In this document: in pieces, positions 44,991 through 56,667 of the stretch
Layout of the letters: every line of letters starts with the position of its first letter
How positions within the stretch are numbered: the first letter of the stretch is position 1
NCBI GenBank assembly: GCA_002269645.1
Contig: NIVC01001024.1
Location: 62,001-126,000, forward strand
Length of the DNA stretch: 64,000 bases
From: Macrostomum lignano
Lineage: Eukaryota
Direction: 5' to 3'
Position numbers and translations under genes: made by a program
Notes under the pieces: generated by a model
The model's database searches: none
Told to the model about the DNA's origin: nothing
Seen by the model: the letters and a program-made list of their open reading frames with translations, nothing else

Positions 44991-46292
44991 ATGATTCACG
45001 CGGTGACCAAAGAGGTGCGCTAGCGACTGGAGCAGACCAGCCTGGGCCAGCCGCAACACCATCATCATGTGTACCAGCAGCCCCAGCAGTAGGATCGAAC
45101 TCCAGCGCCAAAACTGGTCAAGATTCAGCAGATCACGCCCAACCAGGAATTTGACGTCTGGATCAAGGCTCTCGAAGAGCGATGCAAGCTCAACGGAATC
45201 GTTGACGACAGACGAAAGAAGGCGGAGGTCCTTGTGAATTTGGACATTGCCACCACCTACCCCGCAGTCGTCAGAATGGAGCTGCCGGATAATCTGACGT
45301 TTGGTGAGTTCAAACAGCGATTATCTGAACGCTTTACACATGTTGCCGACACGCTGGAGTACCGGGAGCAGTTCCGAAGCTGCTAGCAGGGCAAGAATGA
45401 GAATGTTGACAACTACGGCGACCGACTAATTGCTCTGGCCGATCGAGTGTTCCCGCATTTTACCCCAGTTCAGAAGCAGGCTGAACTGGTGGATCAATTC
45501 ACTGTGGGAGTGCAGATTGCTCAGTCGGCCCGAGAACAGCTCATCCTGGTGTGACCGCCAAATCTGACTGCAGCGAGGAGGGCTGTGCTACGCCTGGAGA
45601 CAGCAGCTAGTCTGGCTCAGCGTGTAGCACCGCCGCCAGCAGCGAGGCATGTCCAGGTCCTGGAAGATGACGACAGTCAGACGCCCATTGCGGTGCAACA
45701 CGACGCCAAGTCATCTCGGCCCGAGGAGAACTGGTTGCGGGAAGTCATGGAACAACAAGCCGAGACATTGCAAGAGCAGCGACGCCTACTTGAAACTTTG
45801 AGTAATGAGATGCGAGAGTTCTACTCTTGGGGATCGCGCGATAACGACGCCCCGGAGCCATGGGAACCTCGCCACCAGCCGCGGGACTCGTGGGGCCAAT
45901 GCTCCAGATGTCTGGTACCCTCGACTCCTTGCCGCAGTGCCGACAGAAGCGCCCAATTTACGACACCTGGCACACGTATGGTGCCGCAGCAACCATTCCA
46001 TCGACTTCAGCAACCACGAGACGGCAGCAACCCGCTGCCGAGAACGCCGCCAGCAGGAGGTCAACGTCAGCAGCAGCAGCAGCTGCAGCAACGGTCGAGT
46101 TCGAGGCCGCCGCCCTATCAGCTGCGGCGGCAGAATGCCATGTGTTACAGGTGCAATCGCGAGCACCGCGCCGATGAGTGCCCGCACCGACGGTCGGCCA
46201 GCACCGCATCCCAGCACAACAGCAGCTCGGGAAACGGGACGGCTGGACGCGCCATCGGGGGAAGCGACATCCAGCAGCCGAGCCAGCACTGA
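44991..46292 (+). pseudogene. gypsy gag with four in-frame stops
   Basis: EQFRSC*QGKNENVDNYGDRLIALADRVF, LVDQFTVG, CYRCNREHRADEC knuckle. Confidence 0.85.
46229..46280 (+). promoter_or_regulatory. -1 ribosomal frameshift signal at the gag-pol junction
   Basis: G GGA AAC in the gag frame at 46229-46235, pol is in the -1 frame, and a downstream gctgga...tccagc stem follows. Confidence 0.75.
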
Positions 46293-49200
46293 AGTCCCCG
46301 CCGCGGACTTTAGTCACTCAGCAGGCCACTGCTGAGACCGCCACCGCCGCACCTGTACAGCCATTAGCACCCAAGCGACCTTGGAGAGACCCGTTTCTAA
46401 CTGGTAAGATTCAGGGCCGCTATTTTGCTTTCTTGCTTGATACCGGGTCCAAGTGCGAAGTCCTAGGATTCAGCACCTGGCACCACCTATGTACTGACGA
46501 CCCGACCCTGCGTGGCCAAATTGAGCCCTGCCTTTAACATATCGTGACCTACAATGGAGAGCCTATTCAAATGGCAGGCCAGCTATCTATTAAAGTGAAA
46601 ATTGGTAATTTCGAGCCTACAGTCAAGTTTCTGCTAGCGAAAGGATCGCATGACAACATTCTGGGTTTCGAGTTCCTGGAGAAGTACAGCACATCACTGG
46701 ACCTCGCCGCCAGAATGCTGTTTTTCAAGGACGGCACTGCCGCACCGCTTTGCTATACGCGAACTGAAGCTACAACGTGCAGAATTTACACCGCCGAGAG
46801 CACTACGGTGCCACCATTATCATCTGCCCGAATCAAAATCAAATTAGCAAAAGGACGAGAAGAAAACCAGGGTACACCCGCAGTGATTGAGCCGCTGAAA
46901 CCGGCTCGGCGTGAAGAAGATGTGCAGCACCTGGATGCCGCGCCTGCCTTGATTTCCATGGCTAATGGAGAAGGCGCTATCGAAATGATCAACCATGGCA
47001 CTACAGCCATCAAAGTGCGAGCGAATGCCCTAGTCGGGATTGCTAGACCAATCAGACTGCCCGAGCTACATTTCTTCCCGCTGCTGAAATCAGAAGACTC
47101 TGTCAATCAAATCCAAGACGAGGATCCCGATGCCTGGATTAAGGAGATCGATATCAGTGAGGATCTGTCCAAAGACCAGCGCGCTCAAGTCATCGAGCTA
47201 TTGAGAAAGTACAAGACCATCTTCTCGCAGGGGCCACACGATCTCGGCCGAACTCATCTGGTCACCCACAACATCGTACCTACAAATTGTGCAAGATTTC
47301 AGGAGTCTGAATCAAAAGTGTGAGTACTTTCCGTACCCGATTCCTAATATCCAAGAAGCGTTCGCTAGCCTTGAAGGAAGCCAGCTATTCAGCACGTTTG
47401 ACTTGAACAGCGGCTACTATCAGATTCCACTGCGTCCAGAGGATCAAGATCTGACTGCCTTCGCCATGCTGCACCGCGGACAATTCGCCTACAATGTTAT
47501 GCCTTTGGGACTAAGTTCAGCTCCAGCCAGCTTCATGCGACTGATGAACACTGTGCTCAACGGGATCGCCTACAAAAGTGCAATAGCCTATCTGGATGAT
47601 GTCATCGTCTATTCTAAGAAATTCAACAATCACCTACAACATATGGAAGAAGTTTTCAAATGGGTTCAAGAAGCAAATCTAAAGTTCAAAGGCAAGAAGT
47701 GCCATCTATTTCGGGCCAGTATAAACTATCTGGGACATGTGGTAACAAAAGATGGAATCAAGACTGACCCAGCTAAGATCGAAGCGATTCAAACCTGGCC
47801 AAGACCAAGGACAGCTCGCCAACTTAAAAGTTTTGTCTGCACGTGCGCTTATTATGCCAAATTCGTCCCTAGCTATGCAGAACTTGCTGCTCCACTCCAC
47901 GATCTGATTAAGGAGAAGAGGATTAGAAACTTCAATTGTCTATGGGGAAAAGCCCAGCAAGATGCGTTTGATCAGCTCAAGGCCGCAATGACTTCGACGA
48001 CAGTGCTCGCGTATCCGCAGTTCAGTGAAGATCCAGATGTAATGTTTATCCTGGACACGGATGCTTCTGCGACCAGAATCGGAGCCTGCCTGAGCCAACG
48101 CCAAGCTGATGGAGTTGAGCGACCAATTGGCTATTTCTCCCGGCGACTGAAACCAGCCGAAGCCCGATATCCGATTACTAAACAGGAACTCTTTGAATGC
48201 GACACTTCAGATTCTACCTGCTGGCCAAGAAGTTTATCTGCCGAACTGATCATGCCGCATTAACCTGGATCTTAAGGCGAACTCAGCAAGAAGGAATCTT
48301 TGGACAATGGCTACAGAGACTAAGCGAATTTGAGTTCGAGATCCAGCATTGCAAATCGAGTCAGCATCAAAACGCCGACGGTCTCTCGAGACGGCCGGAA
48401 GACGACGCCGAATGCTTGGAGGAGGCTCAGCGCAAGGCAGCTGATGAGGACCAAAGTAAGCAGCCAGCCGCGATAACTGGCGCAGCGGCGCTGAAGGTCC
48501 ACGACAGCAGCCACCCTAGTCCTCCACCGAGCAAGAAGCCGTCGACCCGCCGTAAGCGACGGAAACCGCCGACTAAGCCGAAGGAGTCCAACGGCGAGGC
48601 TACGCCGCCAGCAACCCCGACAGCCAACAGCAAGCCGCTGACAGAGCTGCACCCGCCGGCGACGAAGCCGAGGCCATTGGCCAGCCATTACGATGACTCG
48701 CAGAGGTCGCCTACCAGTTTTAGTAGCACGACATGTTGCCCGTCAAGGAGCCGCCGACTACTAGCTGGAGACGGCACAGACAGCGACCACAGCGCAGCCA
48801 GAGAGGACAGCTGCCAACCCGCTCGCTGCCCAAAGTTTGAGAAGAAGGTGAGATTCAGCAGCGACGCGGACAGCTCTGCTGACTCATCATCAACTGCTGA
48901 CCGATCTGAATCTGACAACAGTGACACCAAAGCTACCAACGAGGATCGACCTTCGGGCACATCAATGACCCGGCAACCGGCCAGAGTAGCGATCGTGCGG
49001 AGGGAGCTCCAGACCCCAAACCATGCCGCCATAGCCGAAGCTGCGCCGACTAATTTGACTAATCGACGTTCAACATTGAATCTAACTGATCACATCCCGA
49101 GGCCAGTCACTCGTGAGGAGCTCCAGACTCATCAGCGTGCTGACTCTGCCATCGCCATGATGATCAACCTTTTGGAAAGCTGACAGCCAAAACAGCCACT

Positions 49201-50418
49201 AAATTAGCGATTGAATATGACGCGAGACGAACGAAACTTACTAGCGTTCTACGAGCAGCTCGAAGTCCGAGACGATGGACTATTAGTTATTCATCTCGAC
49301 AATATTGGCGAAGAGGAGAAAGCGCGGATCGTTCTGCCGAAGAGCCTCGACCCCACTGTGTTTGCCGACCTGCACGGTTCGCCCTACTGCGGACACATGG
49401 GCCGAGACCTCACAATCGCGAAGGTGCGCGAAAGGTTCTGGCGACCTGCCCTGGCCAAGGCAGTGTCCGACTATGTTGCTTCCTGCCAGACCTGCACTCA
49501 AAGCAAAGGACGGCGACGAATTCCGGCGCATGTACAGTCGTTTCCGGTCTGCGAAATCTATGGGCGATGTGCAATCGATATCCTGGGCCCCACTGGAGAC
49601 CCGACAGACCGAGGAAACAAGTACATCCTAACCTACGTCGATACTACGTCAAAGTATCCATTCGCCTTCGCCATGAAAAATCAGCGCGCCAAGACAATTA
49701 TAACTCTGCTGCAGGAACAAGTCTTCCCGATCACCGGAATTCCCACGTGGATCCATTCAGACCAGGCAAGCAGTTCACTGGGCACGAGTTTAGACATTTC
49801 TGCGAAGTCTATGGCATCCGGCAGACAACGACGCCGCCATATTCGCCCTGGGCCAATGGACAAGCTGAATCGTGCAACAAAAACATCAAGAAGGTGCTCA
49901 CTTGTCTTCTCGAAGATCATCAACAGTGGGACAAGATGCTGCCAGCCGCTTTGACAGCCCTGCCATCAGCTGTCAATTGTACGACGGGATTCTCGCCGCA
50001 TTACGTCGTCTACGGAGTGCCTTATCAGTACCCGATCGATAACACCCTAGACCGCCTGGACATATCTCCGGACCTCCCCAAGTACATCGCGAAGCATCAG
50101 CGCAGACTGGTCAAGACCGAGAGAATTGTGCGACAGCGATTGCGAGCCGAGATCCAACGCCGCGAAGAATACTACGAGAACCGACCCAAGCCCGTGGAAC
50201 TGCAGCCCGGAGATCTGGTCTGCCTGGCCAACCTGAAGCTCGAGTTGGGTGAGCTGCCCAAGTTCCACCGGCCGTACAAGAGTATGTACAAGGTCAACAG
50301 AAAGGTTGGTGAAGTAGCTTATTGGATCCAGCCAGCAACTGCCCAACAAGGACACCCCGCCGAAATGTTGGTACATCGCAACAACATAATTAAGGTGCCG
50401 CAGATGATGGCGGATTGA
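46236..50418 (+). pseudogene. gypsy pol (protease, RT, RNaseH, long linker, integrase), several stops and frameshifts
   Basis: FLLDTGS; DFRSLN, FDLNSGYYQ, MPLGLSSAP, YLDD; LDTDAS, TDHAAL; HGSPYCGH..C..C, IHSDQG, NGQAESCNK. Confidence 0.93.
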
Positions 50419-50807
50419 CCACAGGAGCCACCGCGCCAAACAGAGCAGCCAATGCTGCCCTATGAGTCGAGCGAAGACAGCAAAGTCGACCCAGCCAATC
50501 AGCCCGCGCCAGAGCAGCCGGCCACAACTCAGCCAGACCTGCGAGGCAGTCAGCTGTTTGAGCCAAGCCTCCGCCATCCGGAAGTGCTCGCCGAAGGCGA
50601 CCCGGATCTGCCTGACATCGGCATGGAAATGGAGATCTGAAAAGGTATTTACCAATGAATTTTCTGTTGCGCCAAGTTGCTAACTTTCGATGCGCATTAC
50701 TAGTAGTAGTCTAATTTGTGAACACATTCCGATTTTAATTTCGCGGTAAGCTTTCTCTGTACCTGTTCTGTGCTGAAAGCAGATTTCAATTTTCCAGTTC
50801 AATTTTA

Positions 50808-51135
50808 TTTTCCTTATGCTTGAGGGATAAAAGCAACAAATTTTCTGTACTTTCCTTATGCTTGAGGGCAAAAGCAATTAATTTTCTGTACTTTCCTTAT
50901 GCTTGAGGGCAAAAGCAATTAATTTTCTGTACTTTCCTTATGCTTGAGGGCAAAAGCAACTAATTTTCTGTACTTTCCTTATGCTTGAGGGCAAAAGCAA
51001 CTAATTTTTCTGTACTTTCCTTATGCTTGAGGGCAAAAGCAATTAATTTCTGTACTTCCCTTATGCTTGATGGCAAAAGCAGTGTTTTTCAATGTACTTT
51101 CCTTATGCTTGAGGGCAAAAGCAACTAATTTTTTT
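50808..51135 (+). repeat. Eight ~41-bp tandem units inside the gypsy 3' region
   Basis: tttccttatgcttgagggcaaaagcaattaattttctgtac; three related units at 41180-41292 in the old copy. Confidence 0.95.
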
Positions 51136-52076
51136 TCCCATTTCTGCTCCTTACGCTTTCCGGTCAAAAGCCTTTGTACATTGTGCTCATGCTCAATTGG
51201 TGCACCTATTTATTCAACGCGACCTGCATTTCTGCGTTCTGATATTTAGCCTTAGGCTTGATGGGAAAAGCTAGCACCTACGCGACAATTATTTATCCGC
51301 ATGCGATTCATTAATTTGCTCAATTGCATGTCATTAACTTTGCGAAGTTATATTTCAATTGTAAACCTTGCAGTCCTTGCTTGTGGCTGAAGGTATTTTT
51401 TTTAATTTTTGCAAGCCAATGTTGCTCTGGTGCCCTAGTCGTTTGCCCCGCTTAGGTCTAGCCACCCTGGCTCTAGGCCTTGTCCTCAGCGGAGGGCATC
51501 TAAGGTGAATGGCCCCCTTTTTCTTTGTTATGACTGAGCCGAGCCTGGGAAAATTTGTAAGGGCGCCTGTCCAGCCCCTTCCCAGTGCCTTTTGCCGTTT
51601 TGTATAACTCCTTATGGAGATCCAAATTCTAACTCGGTCACTATGCCTGTATCTATCTGCTATTCTAATTTTTAGGAACTACCTATGTTCTTACTATTTT
51701 TCTAAACTATTGTTTATGCGACTGTTCAGCCCCCCCCCCCTCTCTCTCTAACCGCCAACCTGTTTTGTGAGCCGTGTGAGGCGCCCCATTCATTCATTCT
51801 GATTTTGGACCCCTGCCGCGCGGTTATCTATTTTATGACTCCTTGATTCATGCGCCCACCCCAACTCTGTGTGCCACCTTAGAGTGCATGGGGGTGATGG
51901 CTCAATTCCAGTGGTTGAATTTTATTTCCTCTGGTTGGTTTGGAATTCCACCAGTTGGAATATTTTGCGCCCTATTTAAGGAGCCATCTTCAATTTTATT
52001 TTCTCCAATTCTGTTGATCCGACCTGCTAAGCTAAATTTTCTTCTGGACACTCGCATTACGTCTCGTCACAGCTCT

Positions 52077-52595
52077 ATGGCTAACAATTGGTCCAACGGC
52101 GACAACGTCTCTCCAGAGATGCAGACAACCGCGCCCTGGCTGTCCACCAATGAAGCTGACACCCTGCGGGCCCTGGCCACTGCCCCGAGCGGCGCGGCCC
52201 CAGCTCGCGAACAGCTCCGCCGCGCGCTCAACGAGGCCTACCACCAGGCGGCCGACAAGGGCCGCGTTCAAGTGGATGTCCCATGGCGGACACTCTGCCG
52301 CGAAATGCCGCCCGTGACCACGAGGGAGCTCCTCGATGCGACGCTGCGGCATGCAGATGCCTGCTTTCGCGAGGGAGGACGACCCCGGCCTGCCCTTGCC
52401 CTATTTGTCACGCTGGCTTATTGGGAGGCGGGCCACCTCCAGAACGGATGGCTGCCAGAGGTCCGCCAGTTCTGGGAGGCCGCCATCGAGAGGTGCCCGG
52501 AGCGGCTTTACTTCGACGGGCAGCGCCTGCAGCTTCTCGACCTTCAGCCCGAGCCTGCGCGTGGCCGGCCGGCGAAGCAGGACTGCCGCCCCTGA
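52077..52595 (+). CDS. Unknown 172-aa accessory protein (third ORF of the gypsy element)
   Basis: Intact GC-rich ORF from ATG 52077, cacag| acceptor 4 nt upstream; homologous decayed ORF at 42429-42800 keeps the amino-acid motifs. Confidence 0.8.
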   Translation: MANNWSNGDNVSPEMQTTAPWLSTNEADTLRALATAPSGAAPAREQLRRALNEAYHQAADKGRVQVDVPWRTLCREMPPVTTRELLDATLRHADACFREGGRPRPALALFVTLAYWEAGHLQNGWLPEVRQFWEAAIERCPERLYFDGQRLQLLDLQPEPARGRPAKQDCRP

Positions 52596-54394
52596 GACGT
52601 CCGGGAGTTTGTCTTTCTGCTGCCGTTCGCCCCGGCGCCCCCGCGCCTGTGGTAGGCCGGTCTACCACTGGGGTGAACGATGGCAGATCACCTGCGGGCG
52701 ACGACATGAGGACGGCCAGACGGATTGACGTCATTTTTTTTTCAACTTTTGTTCCCTGGTTTGTTCCCCCATTTGTTCCCGCCCTTGCTCCCTCGTCTGT
52801 TCCCTTTTCTGTTCCCTCTATTGGCCCCTGTTGTTTTAATGTTTCCAGCAGCCGGGTTTTCCTCTTTTTCCCTTCGTTGTCCCTTCCCTTGTCCCATCCT
52901 CTGTCCCACCCCTGGGATCCTTCACGCCAATATGTTATATATGAGTTATCTCTGGAGTCATTTTTTTAAAGTGTGTGTGTTTGTTTGGGTTTTAGTTTAG
53001 TTAGTTTCTGCTCCTGTCTCTGCTCGTTCATCTCGCATAGCGATAATAACTAACTGTAATAATAATTAACGAAATAATAATAAGTTCGCAACATTTAATA
53101 TTTATTCAGTTGTTCAGAATCGAAGCCTTTAGTTTTCTATTGAGTCATTTGCCCGCGGGGCCTAAAATAACCAATCAGTCTCATCTCAAAGAAAGCTCTG
53201 AGACCCTAAACATTCTGTAAAACATACAGCAAAGTGCTACTTTACTACTGAGAGTAACACAACTAGCAATTTCGACAAACTATAATTTTTCGGTGTCTGA
53301 GGACCTAATTTGAACAACCCAGGCTGCTACAGGACCGCTCGACTACGATTACGACTACCTTCCCCCCCGGAATTGAGGACCTGGCAGACGGAGTAACCTA
53401 GGAGAAGAATCAGCGCAGCAATTTGTACAATTTTCCAGCTTTACGTGCCGACGACAAACCCAAATTTTTTATTCTCCCTAATCTTACAATTTCAAATCTT
53501 GTTTATTTTCTTCACCATCCATCCCCACCTCACTAGTAATAGTTCAAAAGTCAAAACCCCTTATTTTGGTATTAGCCAACTGACCACATTAAAATTATAG
53601 GCCTATTTCTTTTTCTGCCCCTACCTTAATATTTATTCTAATTTTAAGAAATAAATGCCAAGAATATATTATAAATATATAAAATATTATAAGCTAATAT
53701 TTATAATACATATATTTACTAAATATTTCAATAGGCCTTAATATTAATATTATGACCTATTTTACTAGGACCTATATTAATATTAGCACATTCTGTTTTA
53801 TTAGGCTTATTACTTATTAAAATTATATTATAGTTGCTAGGCCTAGGCTTATCATTAAAAAACATATTGTCTTATTTAATTTTAACTAGGCCTATTATAA
53901 GTTTAAAATAAGCCTAAGCCTTAGGCTAAGGAAGCGGAAGGAAATATTTTGCCTAACATTAAAAAAAATATTTTTTTGTAATTATTATATAACTTTTATT
54001 TTAAAAGGAAGTATTGACACTATTGCATACCATAAACATGGCAAAAATCATTAAAGTTTATAATTATATTATAGGCCTAATGTTGGCAAATGGCAATCCT
54101 GCACTGGTGCACTTTAATTGAGTAAATTATTTTGACATCGAATATGCAAGTTAAGCCCCCTACACTATTTCAATTTTACATGGATAGCAGAGACTTGTAT
54201 TTAATTAAAATCAGTCTTGTAAGTAATTATGTAAAAACATACTTGCTCACATATACACACTAGGCCTAATTCATATGGCACTAGCTTGTGGCCTCCCGGA
54301 TGAATGGATGATAGATCCGTCAGGCACCACCGAATCACTGCAGACAGGACTCGGACTGCAGTTGCACAATCCTGCGACCTGCGGCGACTGTTAC

Positions 54395-54580
54395 CTGCTG
54401 TACTTTAAAAACAATGGCTTAGGTGTTGACCTATCCCCACAATAACTACTGTTTATAACAAAAAATATACCATGATAACAGCAGAAACTACGCTCAGCAA
54501 AACAGCATAAAATTCCTCTTCCTCCAGGACCAAGTTGCAGCAGTTCAGTTTCAGCTTGTTGCGATTCTCGTTTCACGGAA
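54395..54580 (-). other. Candidate non-coding first exon of the myotubularin gene
   Basis: CAG|GTAACA donor at 54394 in a CpG-retaining patch; an unpaired acceptor ttgcag| lies 13 nt before the MTMR ATG (37932). Confidence 0.3.
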
Positions 54581-54822
54581 AGAAAAAATCGAGAGAAACA
54601 GAAACTCTATTGTAGCACGTATAACAAAACAAACTTTTATGTTTAAATGCTTTAAAAGCGAGAATACAAACTACTGCCTTCTATTAATTAGTTCTTTAAC
54701 TTTGAAAAGCAATATTCCTTCTTTATATAAGTTAAAACATTACGGCATTTACAATAATAAGTGAACTGCCTGAATTGAAAGATCGATCGATAGGTCGATC
54801 GCATCGTTTAATAGTTACAGGC

Positions 54823-55597
54823 TAGGGGTCCCAATGGATAGCTATCCCGGCTTTTTGTTAGTGTTCGGGATCCCGGGATTAGGGATCCGGGATCCGGGTA
54901 GCACGGGATTGCATGGAATTTACAATTTGCAAAAGTGAATATTTTTCGTCTTGCAGTTAGCAGTTAACAGTTTTGAGAGAATTTTTGCATCCTGAGAATG
55001 AAGTTTTAGAATGAAGGACAGTAGGACTATTAATCAACTGTATCAAGCACTACTACTAGTCACTGAGTAGACTAAGGGTCTAGTCTAGACTCTAACCTGT
55101 CAAGTGGCAATGGCCCTGGACACTGGGCCCAACTGGTCCGCGGGGCCCGCTGCAGGGCGCAGGCGCAGCTAGCTAAGGAAAAGAAAGGAAGCAGTAGAAA
55201 AAGGAGGTGGGGTGGGGACTGGGTTCTGAGTCTGAGCCTCGATCTGTGTGTGTGTGTGTGTGTGAGGTGGTCTGTGTGTTGGGGGCTGAAAGAGAGGCAC
55301 CCAGCGCAGCGTATACAGTCCTAATCCGAGGGGAGAGGGTGTAGTTTAGTTATGTATGTACAACTAACAACTAACTTCAACTATTTTATCAATGCAGTAT
55401 AAGCTAGAAATAGAAAGTAGAAATCCAACAAATGATGCATGCTCGAATTGGTTGAGAAATTTGTTTTGTGGATAATAGAAAGCTTTCCGTAAATTTTGTT
55501 TGTTTAAAAATCCCGGGATTGGCCCGGGATCCCGGGATTTGGTCAATTTTTTTCCGGGATACCGGCATTGTAAAATGTCCGGGATTTGGGACCCCTA
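54823..55597. mobile_element. 775-bp hAT-like MITE
   Basis: Perfect 12-bp TIR TAGGGGTCCCAA, 8-bp TSD TTACAGG(C/T), clustered subterminal CCCGGGAT motifs at both ends. Confidence 0.9.
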
Positions 55598-56667
55598 TTA
55601 CAGGTATATCTGATTTCGAAACGCCAAAGGGAAGGTATTTTATATCATATTTCCAATTGAACACATGATTGTTGGACACTACAACACCCTGTGTTACTGA
55701 AAGATCTTTTTTGAAAAAAAAAATTTTTTCAACAAGTCTCTTTAGTCCCTTTTTCGGATTTTTTTTAGCTTCGCTGAAACTATAACAAGAATTCGAGAAA
55801 TCGGATAAATTGTGCAGGTCATTTTTAAGACGTAGTACGACTTGCAGTGACATCAACAATCACATTAACTAATGATAACCATCTGATCGCGGCTTCCAAA
55901 TGGTTACATATAGCTATAAAGATTGCATGGTACATGTACATAGTAGCACGTTCGTCTCACATAATTTTAGAAGTCCACTAACTTAATTGCTGTGAAAGGT
56001 GCATACCATACCCAAGAACCATGCACTGTATAATACTGTATACCGGCGCAGCGGATCAGAGTATAATACTAAGACAACACTGCCAGGTGATTAAAATATT
56101 ACATAAAGTAATTATAATTTATGAAAAGTTTTCATGACAACTTAACGTTTATACGCTCGTGGGTTACAGCTAGTATATACATGTATGTAACAGAAAATCA
56201 CATTTGTAGGCGACGAAAGCGGTACAATTGCAACAGTTGCTCGATCATGAATCTCGCAATAAAAGTGTTCCTGCTTTTTGAGAACTTTAAAATATAAATA
56301 ACAGTACAACAGCAACAATTTATAATTAAATTGCACGCGCATAATTATACACTGGATTTATTAACTTACAGGACATGTACGCCTCGACTGTATTTGATTT
56401 TTAAACAGTATTAAGATCCGTACTCCCATAGCTACATGTACATGTATATTTAATTGCTTAATTGCGATGCGTAAAAGCCATCGCACGTACAGCAGTCCCA
56501 CGTCGACGACATCTGGCCGACTTTCCCGACGTCGGTATAGAGTCAGTCACCGACATCCGAGAAGTTTCTTATGGCGAGCTTTGCTCTCTGATGATACGTC
56601 ATTGTATTTGATGCCTTTGTGTTTCTATTCGGTGCTCCTTAACACAGAGAGAGTCTTGTCTAAAGAA

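Larger units (their letters stand above)
43958..53532 (+). mobile_element. Full-length Ty3/gypsy LTR retrotransposon (9.6 kb), inactivated
   Basis: LTRs 43958-44849 and 52648-53532, TG..CA, 4-bp TSD CTAG (43954-43957, 53533-53536), gag-pro-RT-RH-IN order. Confidence 0.97.
38752..53588 (+). mobile_element. Old 5'-truncated, CpG-erased gypsy element: 38752-43957 plus 53533-53588; 3' LTR starts at 42909
   Basis: Aligns with 48485-52650 of the young element (linker, integrase, 3' region, extra ORF); LTR termini TGTGGTC (42909) and GACCACA (53588) are perfect inverted repeats. Confidence 0.88.

Noticed and set aside
49181-49183. Conserved programmed stop in pol (TGA in both gypsy copies)
   Set aside because: Equally explained by independent CGA>TGA deamination, given that almost every CpG is converted in the old copy
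51843-52076. N-terminal extension of the accessory ORF from a TTG start
   Set aside because: AT-rich, not conserved in the old copy; homology begins near the ATG at 52077
55364-55859. ORFs across the hAT MITE end
   Set aside because: They span a TIR and non-coding repeats and have no recognisable motifs
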